DNA of 59,165 nucleotides from Pelomyxa schiedti (lineage: Eukaryota > Protista > Evosea). The DNA lies in contig JAHLWZ010000886.1 of assembly GCA_020536535.1 (NCBI GenBank), forward strand, positions 1 to 59,165, written 5' to 3'. This document shows positions 11,253-23,375 of the stretch, piece after piece. Position numbers and translations under genes: made by a program. Every line of letters begins with the position of its first letter. Position 1 is the first letter of the stretch. The notes under the pieces are model-generated. The model made no database searches and was not told where the DNA came from. It saw only the letters and a program-made list of their open reading frames with translations.

Positions 11253-12295
11253 ATGGAAGGTCGGTTGAGGGCACGGCCACTCTTTCCCTTCGTTTTTTTT
11301 GGTTAACTGGTTGTGCAGACCAATTGTTTCAATTGCGATTTGCTTCCAAACAACTACAACGACAATCGACGAGGTCTGAGCAAAATGAGAAACGCGAAAA
11401 GCTCAAAGCCAAAAAGGCACTCTTTATCCCTTTATTCATGTCTTTTATTATTATTATCGCATAACAAACACAAACACAAACAAAAACAAAAACAACAACA
11501 AAAAAACCTCCAACTCAAGCAAAACAATGACCCTTTGTGGCTCAAATAACACAGTAAACATCCTTACACTAACAAGAGTTCCAGGCTATGGAAAAGGGCA
11601 ACATGGACGGTGCTCGTATATATGCTGAAAATGCCATCAGAGAAAAAAATATGGCACTCAACTACCTCAAGCTTTCTGCACGCGTAGACGGTGTTGCCTC
11701 TCGTGTAGAACAAGCGATCAGAATGAGGGTGGTATGACGCCTCCATTTACGTCTGAAAAATCCTCAGCTATTGCAGGTAACAGGGTCCATGGCCGGAATT
11801 GTGAAATCTTTGGACAAGGCAGTGAACAACATGGACCTTAGTCAGGTTCAAGTAGTTTCCGCTCTTTCGCATCTCTAATGGGTACCGCAGGTGACCCAAG
11901 TTATGGATCGTTTTGAAAAACAAATCGAAGACCTGGATGTTCAAGGTGAATATGTCCTGAAAGCCACATCCAAATCATCAGCGACATCAATGCCTGCTTC
12001 TGAGGTAACAAAGCAGTACATTATCGTAATACACTATGCATTATATTGAAAAAAAAGCAAAGTTATCCATACTGGTTTTCCTAACCCCAAAATGCCAAGG
12101 TGGACACACTTCTTGAGCAAGTGGCCGACGAGAATGGCTTCATACTAGCAGAAGGTATGGTTGATGCACCAACGGAGGCCCCACACAGAACCGTGGAGAG
12201 GCAACAGGATGAGCTCACTACAAGACTTGAGAAGTACCAACTCTAGTTCAAAAACAAACTCACTACTCTCCAGACTCAAATCAGGGGGAAGTTAG
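11253..12295 (+). CDS. CHMP1: ESCRT-III subunit CHMP1 (Did2/Vps46)
   Basis: MEDQLFQLRFASKQLQRQS...KAKK|AMEKGNMDGARIYAENAIREKN.ALNYLKLSARVDGVASRV...MDRFEKQIEDLDVQ...DELTTRLEKLK, with a C-terminal MIM1-like motif. Confidence 0.95.
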
Positions 12296-12378
12296 GGGAA
12301 CCCACAAGTTGGCGTTGTACATTCTACTGCACAATAAAAACAAGTTTCTTTTTTTGTTTTTCTTTAAAAAACATTGGG

Positions 12379-13608
12379 TTATTGTAGAAGGGGGACGAGG
12401 GTGGATGGTGTGGTCACCGAGGTGAGTGCTGTGTAGTGTAGCACAAACATGTACAGGGCAACACACCACACTACCATTGAGAGGAAAAACATCGATGGTA
12501 ACAGTGGGATAAAAAGCAGGCACACATCGTAGAGTGTGTGGAGAAGTGTGGGGAGCCACAGCACCTTGATGGCTTGTTTGAAGCTCGGTAGTATGGCGGG
12601 GTTGCTTGTGTCAATTGTTGCCCAAGATGACCCAAGAAGGAATCCTGACAACTGTTGAAAGTGGCCAATTTCTAGAAGAGTACACACCACAGAAAACATG
12701 CAAAGAGAAAGTGATAACAGACCGGTTGGGAGCGAAGAAGACGCCGATTACCTCTGTAAGAGTACACAGGTGCTCGAGTGTGGAAAAACCCAGAGCTCCT
12801 GTTGCCAGGAAAAGGGCTTGTGTGTAAGGATGGTGGATATTAGGGATATGCTTTACAGAGGGTAGTCCAACAATGAACTTGGTGGTTTCTGCATATATCA
12901 AAATGCAAAGAGAGGTGGAGCAAGAGGACCTTCAAAGATTCCAGCACTGCCGAATGCCAGCAATGCAAAAGTAAAATACATTGGAGAATTGTTGAAGTCC
13001 TGAAACCTGTTTGGGGTACGATCAACAACAACCTTGTACTGATAAGGTTGGCATAAAAGAGGTTTTTGTTTATACCCCACATAGAGATACGATAGCCAAA
13101 ATGGCGGTAACTAGAGCAGTTTGTACCAAAGCCATTGGAGGAACTGCCCAGAATCCAATAGCAAAAAACTAGCGAAATTTGGAAAAGGCAAGAATTGGTA
13201 CTGTTTTGACCTTGAGCACCCCTTTGTAATCTGCCAAATGGCGGTTTCGCCAGAATAAAAACCAAAGCCAAAAAGCAGGAGGGATAAAAGCAAATAGAAC
13301 CCGTGATACAAAGGTCATGAAAATGGCCCAACCAGCAGTGTTTTCATATTCTGCAGCACGTCGTTTCGTTGCGAAATAGAATGGGTTTTTTTGAAAACAA
13401 AAAAAAAACTGCCCCCCACCATCCCTTAGGGTGAGGTAAAAAAAAAAGGTAAACCTGCAACAGCCGTCAACGCTATCAAAGCTAGCATTGCCAATACGGC
13501 CACCACATTGGGCAGAATCCACCAAGATCTGAACTTCCCGGGATACCGAGTGTACACCACCGCTGTCGTCTCCGCCCACTCGTAGTCGTCAACTGCACCC
13601 CAAGGCAT
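12379..13608 (-). CDS. PrsW-family intramembrane protease, multi-pass membrane protein
   Basis: After splicing: AGIFEETTKF (EExxK), GALGFSTLEH (FxxxE), IGHF (H) and LLHTLYD (HxxxD), all within many hydrophobic helices. Confidence 0.75.
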
Positions 13609-13779
13609 TATAATTAATTAACCAACTGAGTCATTTAACGACTCTGAACGGAAGTTACAGGTCACAATCACATCCTCCTGGTTGGGCAATCCACTCCAGA
13701 GTCCATCCTCTGAAGGGGTGCTTTCTTAGGAGAATTGATGAATTCATGTAACCGGGCTTTTAAATTGGCTTTGAATCAC

Positions 13780-15211
13780 ATGGAGGGTGTTTTGCGAGAC
13801 GTTCGACGGATGGGAAACGTGCAAAAAGTGTCTGAGGCGCTAGCCAACATGACGTCTCTGGGTAACCAAGATCAATTCTACAACGAGGTATGTCTTTGCG
13901 AAAGGGGAGACAAAGCGAAGACCAAAGCAAACCAAAATTGTGGGATTGTGGCAGGTGCTTTGCGATAGAGTTATTTGCGACTACCCTCCTTCGCGGGTGT
14001 ACATGAGATCCGTGTTGAAGTCGTATATAACCTGCCTCGAGGCCACTGGAAATGTATTGTGGGAGTGCTCGTTCCGTTCCCTATTCTCATTGTGGTATTT
14101 TCTTTTCTCAGGAGATCAATGAAGGGATATTGGACCGGTTTTTTTCTTTGATGGGCAGTGATGACCCTGGCGTGTGAGTCCCATAACTTTTATTCTTTAT
14201 AATATGGAGGTAATAGCGTTAAAAGCAATTGACATTAAACAGGGAAAACGGACCGTGTTACCGCTCATATACTTTGGGTGATGGTAAAATATTCACAATA
14301 CGATCGAATCAGCATTTCAACCCTGGTCCGTCCATGTACTTGCTGTGAAATTCTTGTTGTAATTGTCACAGTAAAAAGTTGGTCTATTGCCATGGCCTGC
14401 TGGGTACCACCTTGCGGAACACATCATGAATCACCCCGGTCGGTACCCTCTTTCTTTGGCCATTCCTGAGTTTACTGGCGAGTAGGTATCGTCCAAGGAA
14501 AAACAGTTATTGAACTAGGAGCTGGTGTGGGATTCACAGGGCTCGTTATTGCATCGACATGCCAACCAAAAAGAGTTATACTCACAGATTATCTTTCATC
14601 CGTTCTCGTTAATTTACAGCACAACATTGACTTAAGCATGTTTCCGTACCTGTCTTTTTCTTTTTTCTTATCCCAGAATAGATAAACCCCTATGCACAAG
14701 CCCAGTCACAGCAGTAGAGTGCGACTGGGACACTCCAGAAACCATCCAGTCATGTATTGAAACTGAAGATAGAGAAACTGGTGTTGTTGTGCTTGCAGCC
14801 GACTGTGTAACTGCATATCCTCTTTTTCCTGTCTTCGCCAACCTATTTAAGGTCTATGACCCCGATTTGGCCTGCTCACTTGCCCGCACCTTGTCCCTCC
14901 TCCTCCACACTGTTCCCGCATCAACGGCGCTTGTGTCTTGCACACTCAGAGAGCCCAGCACACTCACAACGTTTGCTACCAGTCTATCCTCCCACAAGGT
15001 TTTCGCCACCCACGTGCATGCCGTGGGCTACGGAACTGTCAATCCGGCTCTACTGCATCAAGCCACACGGTGTGTTGTACCTGCAGTAAAAGCAGAGTGC
15101 ACAGACCCAACTCCGTGTGACTGTGAAACAGCCCTAAAGAGGGTCTTTTATGAGCCTTCAAAGGGTGAATCCCTTTGCCTCCTCACACTCACACTCAAAG
15201 CCTTCAATTGA
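13780..15211 (+). CDS. EEF2KMT: Protein-lysine N-methyltransferase EEF2KMT/FAM86A-like
   Basis: FAM86-type YPPSRVYMRSVLKSYITCLE; GLLPWPAGYHLAE; KTVIELGAGVGFTGL; VILTDY; CDW; VVLAADCVYDP. Confidence 0.85.
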
Positions 15212-15278
15212 ACTAAACTGCCACAAAAACAAATGGTTTTCACACAACTTAAACGTCTTCTCTTTTTTCTATTTGTTT

Positions 15279-18200
15279 TTAGGGGATACCTGTTGTGAGC
15301 CATGTGTCGTGGAACGTGGGATTGGAGGACCAGAATTCCATGTTGGCTTGTAGGTTGCTCTGTATTTCACAGCAGGGAACTATTTTGGTGTATGTGTTGA
15401 GTAGCGGCTGTGCCAGGAGGTTGATGAAGTTGGCTTGAAGCTTTGGGAGCTTGGTTAGTCCATTGTTGCGGTCTGTGAAGGGGCTCAAAGGAATGCTCAG
15501 TTCGGCCTGTGGGTTGGGATTTTGGCCCCAAGTGGTTGTTAGGGATGAGTCAGAGAATAAGGGCATGTACCTCCCGGTCTCCTTGTCCAAAGAATTCTTC
15601 AACAAGTTTGCTGACCCAGAAAAGCATGTTCTTGTGGGGTCTCATACACTACGAAATTAGAGAAAAGACAGGATAACAGGAAGGAAATGTTTGGTCCTTG
15701 GGCCTTACATTGGAAATGTCCGCTACTTTTAGGGTTACACTCATCAGTTGAACTCTGTGATCGAGGTTCTGTATGGGATCAAATTTTCCTCCCTCAAGCA
15801 CGGTCTGTGAAAAAAGTACCAGTTAAGAAAAGAACTGTTTTGAATCTGGGGGAAATGTAGGATACTTGTAACTTGGACAGAATTTCAAAATGATGAGAAA
15901 TATCAGTTCCAAGCACGAGTTCGATTATTGTGGTTCGCACTAATGAGAGCTTAACAATGACACGATCAACAAGAACCAGTACCAAACTTCAGATCTGCCG
16001 GTGTGAAGCTCCACTCTTTTGCGTGCTGCAAAAGCAATTTTATGCCGATGCTTGCATGCAAATTCTCAAGTACACTTCGATCTGGATTCAGTTTGTTAGG
16101 CACCTTCTCTGTACGTGGGCAGGAAACCATTAAATTGAACTGCTATTGGATCGTTAGTCGCAGTCAAGAAAGCCTTTCATCCAGATGTTAGTTATAGAGT
16201 AACTGAAAGCTAAATACATTGTTCACCCCAGGGTGCCCAACCTAAACCCCTTTAAAACAAAGGATAGTTCCTTTCTACACACGTCATGCATCACGGCGGC
16301 ACATATGAGAGAAAATATTTCCAAATACGGCGTTGGCCCAAGAAGTGGTAATAGACCGTGGGTCATAATGTAGTAGATACATTGCACCACATCCGTTGCA
16401 TGGTGCGAATTATGATAGGGATTGTCCTTTCAAAAGTAGTGGGTGAGCGGAATTTAGGCTGTAGTCTTACTTTGTAGAGGCTTTCTACATCACGAAACAG
16501 GGATTCCACTTCTCCAAGTTTAATACTGAGATGATCAAATACACTCAGTTTGAGGAGCACTTGCAATGCGATTCTTGTCAATAGATCTTCTTTGTGCATA
16601 TATTTAGTTTCTACCTATGGCATTGTTTTTAGGCCAGTGAGGGGTATAGTTATAATGTAACCATATAATCCCAATTCTCTAGATTAGTTAATAAATCTGG
16701 GTCCTCATAAAGCTGCTCGATTGCCAAGGCATCGGGTATAGAAGGAGAGGTATGCACAAAGATACTGTGGGGATGAGATAGCCCATTAGGAATGATTTCA
16801 CAGTCCAGCCTGTTCTTATTGGGAGGTTGAAGGTTTAAACCAATAAACATACCATTTTTGAACATCAGTGTCCAGCAAAGAGCTTTGAACCTTGAAATCA
16901 GGCTTGAAGAGGCCTTCTGTGCATTCCAGCATTTCAATAATTGATTCCACAGTCTGATGGGCTGTCGTGCTCATCAGAGTTTTGTTTAGATTTCTCAATT
17001 TGTCAATCACCTAGAGATCTTAAGTTCAATTTAAAATTTAGGGAATACCAACTTTCATCATTCCTGAGTCAAGGTTTATCTGAGCTGGTCTGATTCCTTT
17101 CTGAGGTTTTGAAAGGGAGATTGAGGAGAGAACCCTTAGTTATAGTAAGACATCGTAGATATGGAGGAATAAATACGATAGCGCCACTAGGAACCCAACA
17201 ACTCCTATGGAAATATAAACGGAAATCTGGGAAACAGAATTGAGATATGCATCACTGTTGACAGTAAATTACAGTTGAGAAAAGCAAAACGACCTGTTCT
17301 GTGTGGCAATCACAACGACCCACTGAACATCCTCAAAAAGAGTGAAAGGTGCCGCTTGGCTGATTGGGAAAAAAATAAATTGAGGAAAAAGGGAGGTTGG
17401 GTACTAACATGTGGAGATCTCCATATTCCCCAGATACAGCCTCAGTAATTCCTACGAGACTAGGGACTTTTTTTAACAAAATAGAGCATGTATCAAGAAT
17501 TCGTTCATCACCAGACTCATCTGGGTAAATAGCACTGCCAGTCGTTAGTTGGGCAACTCGTTAGCAGGGCATTACCCAAGCGATGTGTCTGGAATGGAGA
17601 AATTGCCAATTGTAGCAATAAGATGTCCTGTACTGTCTATAATATAAGCAAATTCCGTATCTTCACGAGGAATTTCGTTCAAAATAGTATTAATCTATTT
17701 CAGGGTATTAGGAAGGAAATTGCAGGAAGTGGTGTCTTACCTTTGGTATGGACATTCCAGCCACAATCCAGGATAGAGGTGTGCTATTGGACGAGTAGAT
17801 AATCTTAGAAAAATGGGAGTTGGTTTTGTTGTAAATGACTCAAGCAGCATACTCTCGTCAATGTAACAAAGTATGTTATTCCAGCTCTTAAAATGGGTTA
17901 ACGCAAAATGACATTAATGGAGATAAATACCCCGTAAACATAGATCTCGTATCATTAAAAAATTGCCCAGTTGCAACAGCAGGAGTCATCCACGGTCCCC
18001 AGTAGAGAGGAATAGACATACAGAGCAACTAAGGAAAGGTGAATAAGGCTCTGTAAATAATCTATAGTACTTGATTCAATGCGCAAGTGTCTAGATCTGT
18101 GGCATAACCACACAATTTGCCATCATCCATCAATTTTGACCTCAGTAGTACAGTATAGAAGGAGTCTCCAGAAGCAACAACAGTCTGCGTCTAGTGATAT

Positions 18201-19119
18201 GGGTCAGCCTCACCTTGGACAACTCAGAAGTACCATTGGGCAATTTTCTGGAAGAGCTGCATCACAACTTGATGGGTCGAATGTCGCAGGGTCCTCGGGA
18301 ACCAGTGCAATTAAAAGGTGAAGATTGCTCTGGTAGAGAAAATTTAGGGTCTTGGTGTTCATAGTGCAGACATACAACTGAAGCTGAAGAAATCATATAC
18401 CCCCACATTTCAGTAGCTGTCTCGGCGTGAAGGAGCTCTGGGTTTAGGCGAGATTGCAACTCCAAGAAACTAACTCCATCATTCAATTTCTTGCCTTTTG
18501 TGAGTACGTTTTGAAGTAAACAAGAATAGGCGATTACCGAGCTTACGTCGTAGACCACATTGAAAATAGCTTTTTCTCAATTAGTGAGGGAGAAAAACCT
18601 GAGGTCACTCAACAAAGTACCTTCAGTTTTAACCTCAATCAACTGTTTGTCCAGTTCCTCGAGTGCTGTCATTGACCTCTCATACCACAGAATGCTTATT
18701 GCCAAAGAGGTTATAGCCACGAACACCAAAACCAGCAGAGAAAATCTCACTCTGGAGGAGTAATATGCCCTCGCAGCGAAATGAGCCACTGCGCCGCCAC
18801 GAGAGCATTTTCCACGATCATGGTCTCTGCTCTGCGGGTTCACGTTCATGTTGCTCAGGGAATTGGATCTCGTTCCCGGCAGCGAAAGCGGCTCTCTGGG
18901 CTCTCCGTCGTCCGGCACGGACGGTGTCAGGCTTATGGGAGGCGGAGTCGCCGTAGTTGTCGAATCCGAGACTGACGTAACCGCGCGTATGCAGTCATCT
19001 CCCGAGACAGAAACCACGACAGCATCTTGTTCGTCACGCGGATCTGGCCGCCGGCCCCCGACCACGTCACTAAACTCCCTCTCCTTTTTCCCAAATGAAT
19101 GACTGCGAGATCCAGACAT
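15279..19119 (-). CDS. Class I cyclic-nucleotide phosphodiesterase with N-terminal TM-Cache-like sensor-TM module
   Basis: PDEase motifs NPYHNSHHATDV, AAVMHDVGHPGVNN, LVLGTDISHHF, LKVADISN, EEFFGQGDRE, QANFI. TM1 FSLLVLVFVAITSLAISILWY; Cache-like AYIIDSTGHLIAT and WVVVIA; TM2 near 17150-17210. Confidence 0.85.
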
Positions 19120-19414
19120 CTCTGCTACAAACCAAGTCGCACAACTACACCCCACCCGGTTGCTACGCACACGATTTAGCGAAGCAACGCCCTTGGCTTT
19201 GTTATTTCTTTGTTGTGTGATGTACATTTAGCAGAAGTGCACGTTTCCCTGGATAAAGCTTGAAAAACCGTTCTCTCGATTCGTTCCAATCTGAAGAATG
19301 GCTGTCCGAGTGATCCACCACCTCAATGTGCAAGAATGTCACTGTTGCTTTAAAAGAAGCACAAAGTGTCCATTCCGGTCTCGTGCTTTGCACACAACAA
19401 CCCTGTTATGGGAC

Positions 19415-21489
19415 CTACGATTTTGAAGCTGTGCCGGGTGCAGTTCTGTTTCGTTTGGGCTGTGGCTCTGTGGGTGTTTCCGCTTCAGAGTTGCCATGTA
19501 CCTCCTTCTTCACTGACTTGTCTGTTGTGTTGCTTTCCGGCGCTGTGAGGGCTGCTGCTGTTGTTGATGCTGTGGCTGATGCTGATGCTGATGCCGTTGC
19601 CGTTGCCGTTGCTCCTTCTTCTTTGTGGGGCTGCGGTGCAGGTACAATGAGGTGCACGACTTGTGAATCAGGAACTGTGACAGATGCGGTCTCCATTCCG
19701 GAGGTTCCGTGCCCCTCCTGGTCCATCTGTGCAACAGACTTGACCGCATTGAGTGCCGGAGGTGCTGTGCTGAGGGCCGGGATGCTTTCGTCATACAAGT
19801 CGAACCACGGCAGCCCTGCTTCTGTGTATTTCTTGGCTGTTACTTGGCTCTCCGGCATATCGCGGCCGGTGAGATTCCTCCACATCATGCTGTTGGCGAC
19901 GTGGACAACGAACTTCATGCAGGATCCTTGGAACCATTCATGTATACCGAGGGGATCTTTGTAAATCTTCTGCTTCATCTTGCCACCTGCTGCAAACCCC
20001 ATTGCCTTGTATTCATCTGGGTCACCTCCTCCACGCAGCCGCAGTACAAGAAGCAATGTAGAATCGGGGCCAATTTTATAGTCTCCTAGTGCCTTTCCGT
20101 CTTCCAGCTGCTTTCCAGAAAAAATGAGCCTCTGTTCGTCTGGAGAAATTCCCTCATTATCATCAATAATTTCTCTGACTTCTTCAATGGTGCTGCTCGA
20201 CTTCACTGCGACTGCAAATTGTTTTCCAGAGAGGGTTTTAACGACAAGGTCAAATTCTGACGTTGCAGAACAGCTTTAAGTATGTCAAATACAAAAGAAA
20301 AAAGAATGGGAAAGTGCCTGAAAGTGACACGGTTTGTTGCTGGCGGCACAATATCACCAAGTCGTGCAGGACGTTGCCGCTCAAATTCTTGGGATTCGAG
20401 ACACACTAAGTCACCTTCCTGAAGGCCGAGCTCCCTTGGAGTTTTGGTGATGTCCAAGGGAACCCTTGAATCGGCTTCGGGCTTCCCGATGGAAAAGGCC
20501 TCGAAGTCCTTTGACACTCGCGGATACAGTCTGATTTCCAATCCCCCAACTTGTTCCCTTCCTGTGAGCTGACCCTCGACGGTGTATCCTGACCCCAGTG
20601 GCATTGCAACGAACTGCCTGATGAGTCCCCGGCTTACGTGAATCCCGTCCAACCACGGCTGTGGGGGGCACACCATGTAATCCTGCTCTCCCGTTTCAGC
20701 AAGCCCGCCGGTGCCATTCCCACCAGTCACAGCATTGACACCACCGATGCAAACCTTCACTGCTGCCGGTTCCGCCTCTTCGGAGCTGTTGAATGATATC
20801 CACATTGCCTCGCACTGCCTCATTGGCATCACACAGGACGTGCTGGCACCCTCGCTGGTCCAACTGGCCGGGACGTTGTGGCAGGATTCCAGAGGCTCGA
20901 GAGGAAACTGGCCGAGACCAGGAGGGAGAGGGTAGTCCTTGCCATCGTCGGGAATTCTCAGTGTCTTGTTGAAGCTCACAGTCATGATGTCTCCAAATTT
21001 GATCTTGCTCCCGTTGTGAATCTTGGCAGTGCGGCCACCATGCAGCCACCAGTTGAATGAGTGAATTAAACTGACATTGGATTTCAGAACCGCGTGTTCA
21101 CTCACACTCGTAACTTGAGGTGTTGTAGTAGTCGTAGTCGTCGAATTTGTGTTTGTATTCGTAGTTGTCTTTGTAGTTGTACTCGTAGTGGTTGATGCTG
21201 TTACGCTTGTATTTGCATTCGACTCCACAGCATCAGTTCTTACAGAGCCAGTCTCAGTGTCAGATACTCTGAATGTTTTGGTCTCCTCAGTCACTATCCT
21301 TGGCAACCTTTTTTCATTGTACAACAAGTGTGGTGCCTGTGGCATTCTGCGAAAGAGTGTCGTTACAACTTAGGTTGGAGTACGAAAGGGCACTCACGAA
21401 AGTTGCTTCTGGGCCAACGTAATGAATTCATCTACGGTCGTTTCGCGTGTCGTAGCGATCTCGGTCTCCCCAACAACCACCGTTAGCAT
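19415..21489 (-). CDS. Ubiquitin-insert protein, tandem copy A (ubiquitin domain 20027-20254 inside a conserved uncharacterised domain)
   Basis: [26 protein letters not shown]...[15 protein letters not shown]...[21 protein letters not shown]; then Ub [11 protein letters not shown]...[14 protein letters not shown]...LVLRLRGG; then [17 protein letters not shown]...[14 protein letters not shown] intron at 20274-20317. Confidence 0.85.
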
Positions 21490-21995
21490 TTGGTTGATTA
21501 TAAAAAAGAAATTTCTTTTTATCAACCACTCGTGTTTGAATCAGAAATTAAACTTTGTGTGGTTCTCCTTCTTTTGGGCTGCGGTGCGGAGCAGGCAACG
21601 ACGTGCACGACTTGTGAATCAGGAACTGTGACAGGTGTTGTTTCCACTCCATGGCTGCCGTGCCCCTCCTGGTCCATCTGTGCAACAGACTTGACCGCAT
21701 TGAGTGCCGGAGGTGCTGTGCTGAGGGCCGGGATGCTTTCGTCATACAAGTCGAACCACGGCAGCCCTGCTTCTGTGTATTTCTTGGCTGTTACTTGGCT
21801 CTCCGGCATATCGCGGCCGGTGAGATTCCTCCACATCATGCTGTTGGCGACGTGGACAACGAACTTCATGCAGGATCCTTGGAACCATTCATGTATACCG
21901 AGGGGATCTTTGTAAATCTTCTGCTTCATCTTGCCACCTGCCGCAAACCCCATTGCCTTGTATTCATCTGGGTCACCTCCTCCACGCAGCCGCAG
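19707..21995. repeat. Near-identical direct repeat blocks 19707-20044 and 21658-21995 (further blocks at about 20795-21085 / 22735-23025)
   Basis: Direct comparison shows one substitution in about 338 bp. Confidence 0.9.
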
Positions 21996-23375
21996 AACAA
22001 GATGAAGGGTGGATTCTCGTTGAACTCTATAGTCAGTAAGTGTTCGGTCATTATCCAGCTGCTTTCCAGAAAAAAGGAGCCTCTGTTGAACGCCGGGGAT
22101 TCCCTCACTTTCTTGGAGGAGGTGTTTGAGTTCATCAACAGTGGTGGTCGGCCTCACTTCGATTGTCTGGGTTTTGCCAGTTAATGTTTTAACAAAAAGT
22201 TGAAATTCTGGCATCACAGAACAGCTGCAACAAAGTCAGGGAAATGAAAATAATAATGGGAGAGTGCCTGAAAGTGACACGGTTTGTTGTTGTCGGCACA
22301 ATATCACCAAGTAGTGCAGGACGTGGAGGCATAAACTCTTTGGATTTAAGAGACACGAGATCACCCTCTTGAAGGCCGAGCTCCCTTGGAGTTTTGGTGA
22401 TGTCCAAGGGCACCATTGAATCGGCTTCGGGCTTCCCGATGGAAAAGGCCTCGAAGTCCTTTGACACTCGCGGATACACTCTGATTTCCAATCCCCCAAC
22501 TTGTTCCTTTCCCGTGAGCTGACCCTCGACGGTGTATCCTGATCCAAGTGGCATCGCAACGAACTGTCTGATCACGTCTGGACTGACATGTATTCCATCC
22601 AACCACGGCTGTTGAGGGCACACCACGTAATCCTGCTCTCCTTTTTCAGCAAGCCCATTGGTGGAGTTCCCGCCAGTCACAGCATTGACACCACCGATGC
22701 AAACCTTCACTGCTGCCGGTCGTGTACTTTTGAATGACATCCACATTGCCTCGCACTGCCTCATTGGCATCACACAGGACGTGCTGGCACCCTCGCTGGT
22801 CCAACTGGCCGGGACGTTGTGGCAGGATTCCAGAGGCTCGAGAGGAAACTGGCCGAGACCAGGAGGGAGAGGGTAGTCCTTGCCATCGTCGGGAATTCTC
22901 AGTGTTTTGTTGAAGCTCACAGTCATGATGTCTCCGAATTTGATCTTGCTCCCGTTGTGAATCTTGGCAGTGCGGCCACCATGCAGCCACCAGTTGAATG
23001 AGTGAATTAAACTGACATTGGATTTCAACACAGAGTGTTCACTCACACTCGTAACTTGGGGTGTGGTAGCGGTGGCGGCGGTCGTGTTTGATTCCACAGA
23101 AGGGTCGCTCACATTTCCAGTCTCCATATCAGATACTCTGAATATTTTGGTCTCCTCAGTCACTATCCTGGGCAGCCTTTTTCCATTGTACAGCAAATGC
23201 GGTACCTGTGACATTCTGGAATTGTTAGAGAGCCTGGGGTTACAGAAGAGCGAAAATGAATATGAAGATTGAAGGTCACGTACGAGAGTTTCTTCGATGC
23301 CAACACCACGAACTCATCTACGGTTGTATCGCGGGTAGTCTCAATCTCAGTCTCACCAACAACCACAGTAAGCAT
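21522..23375 (-). CDS. Ubiquitin-insert protein, tandem copy B (ubiquitin domain 21978-22205)
   Basis: Same architecture as copy A. Ub [12 protein letters not shown]...[11 protein letters not shown]...[13 protein letters not shown] is 49/76 identical to canonical ubiquitin by hand count. GC-AG intron at 22225-22267. Confidence 0.85.

Noticed and set aside
12878-12901. Apparent loss of the first catalytic Glu in the PrsW motif (YAETTK in the ORF track)
   Set aside because: The YA residues are intronic; splicing gives FEETTK with both glutamates
13609-13622. TAATTAATT dyad here and near 38775 and 58436
   Set aside because: Low-complexity AT sequence in inconsistent positions relative to genes
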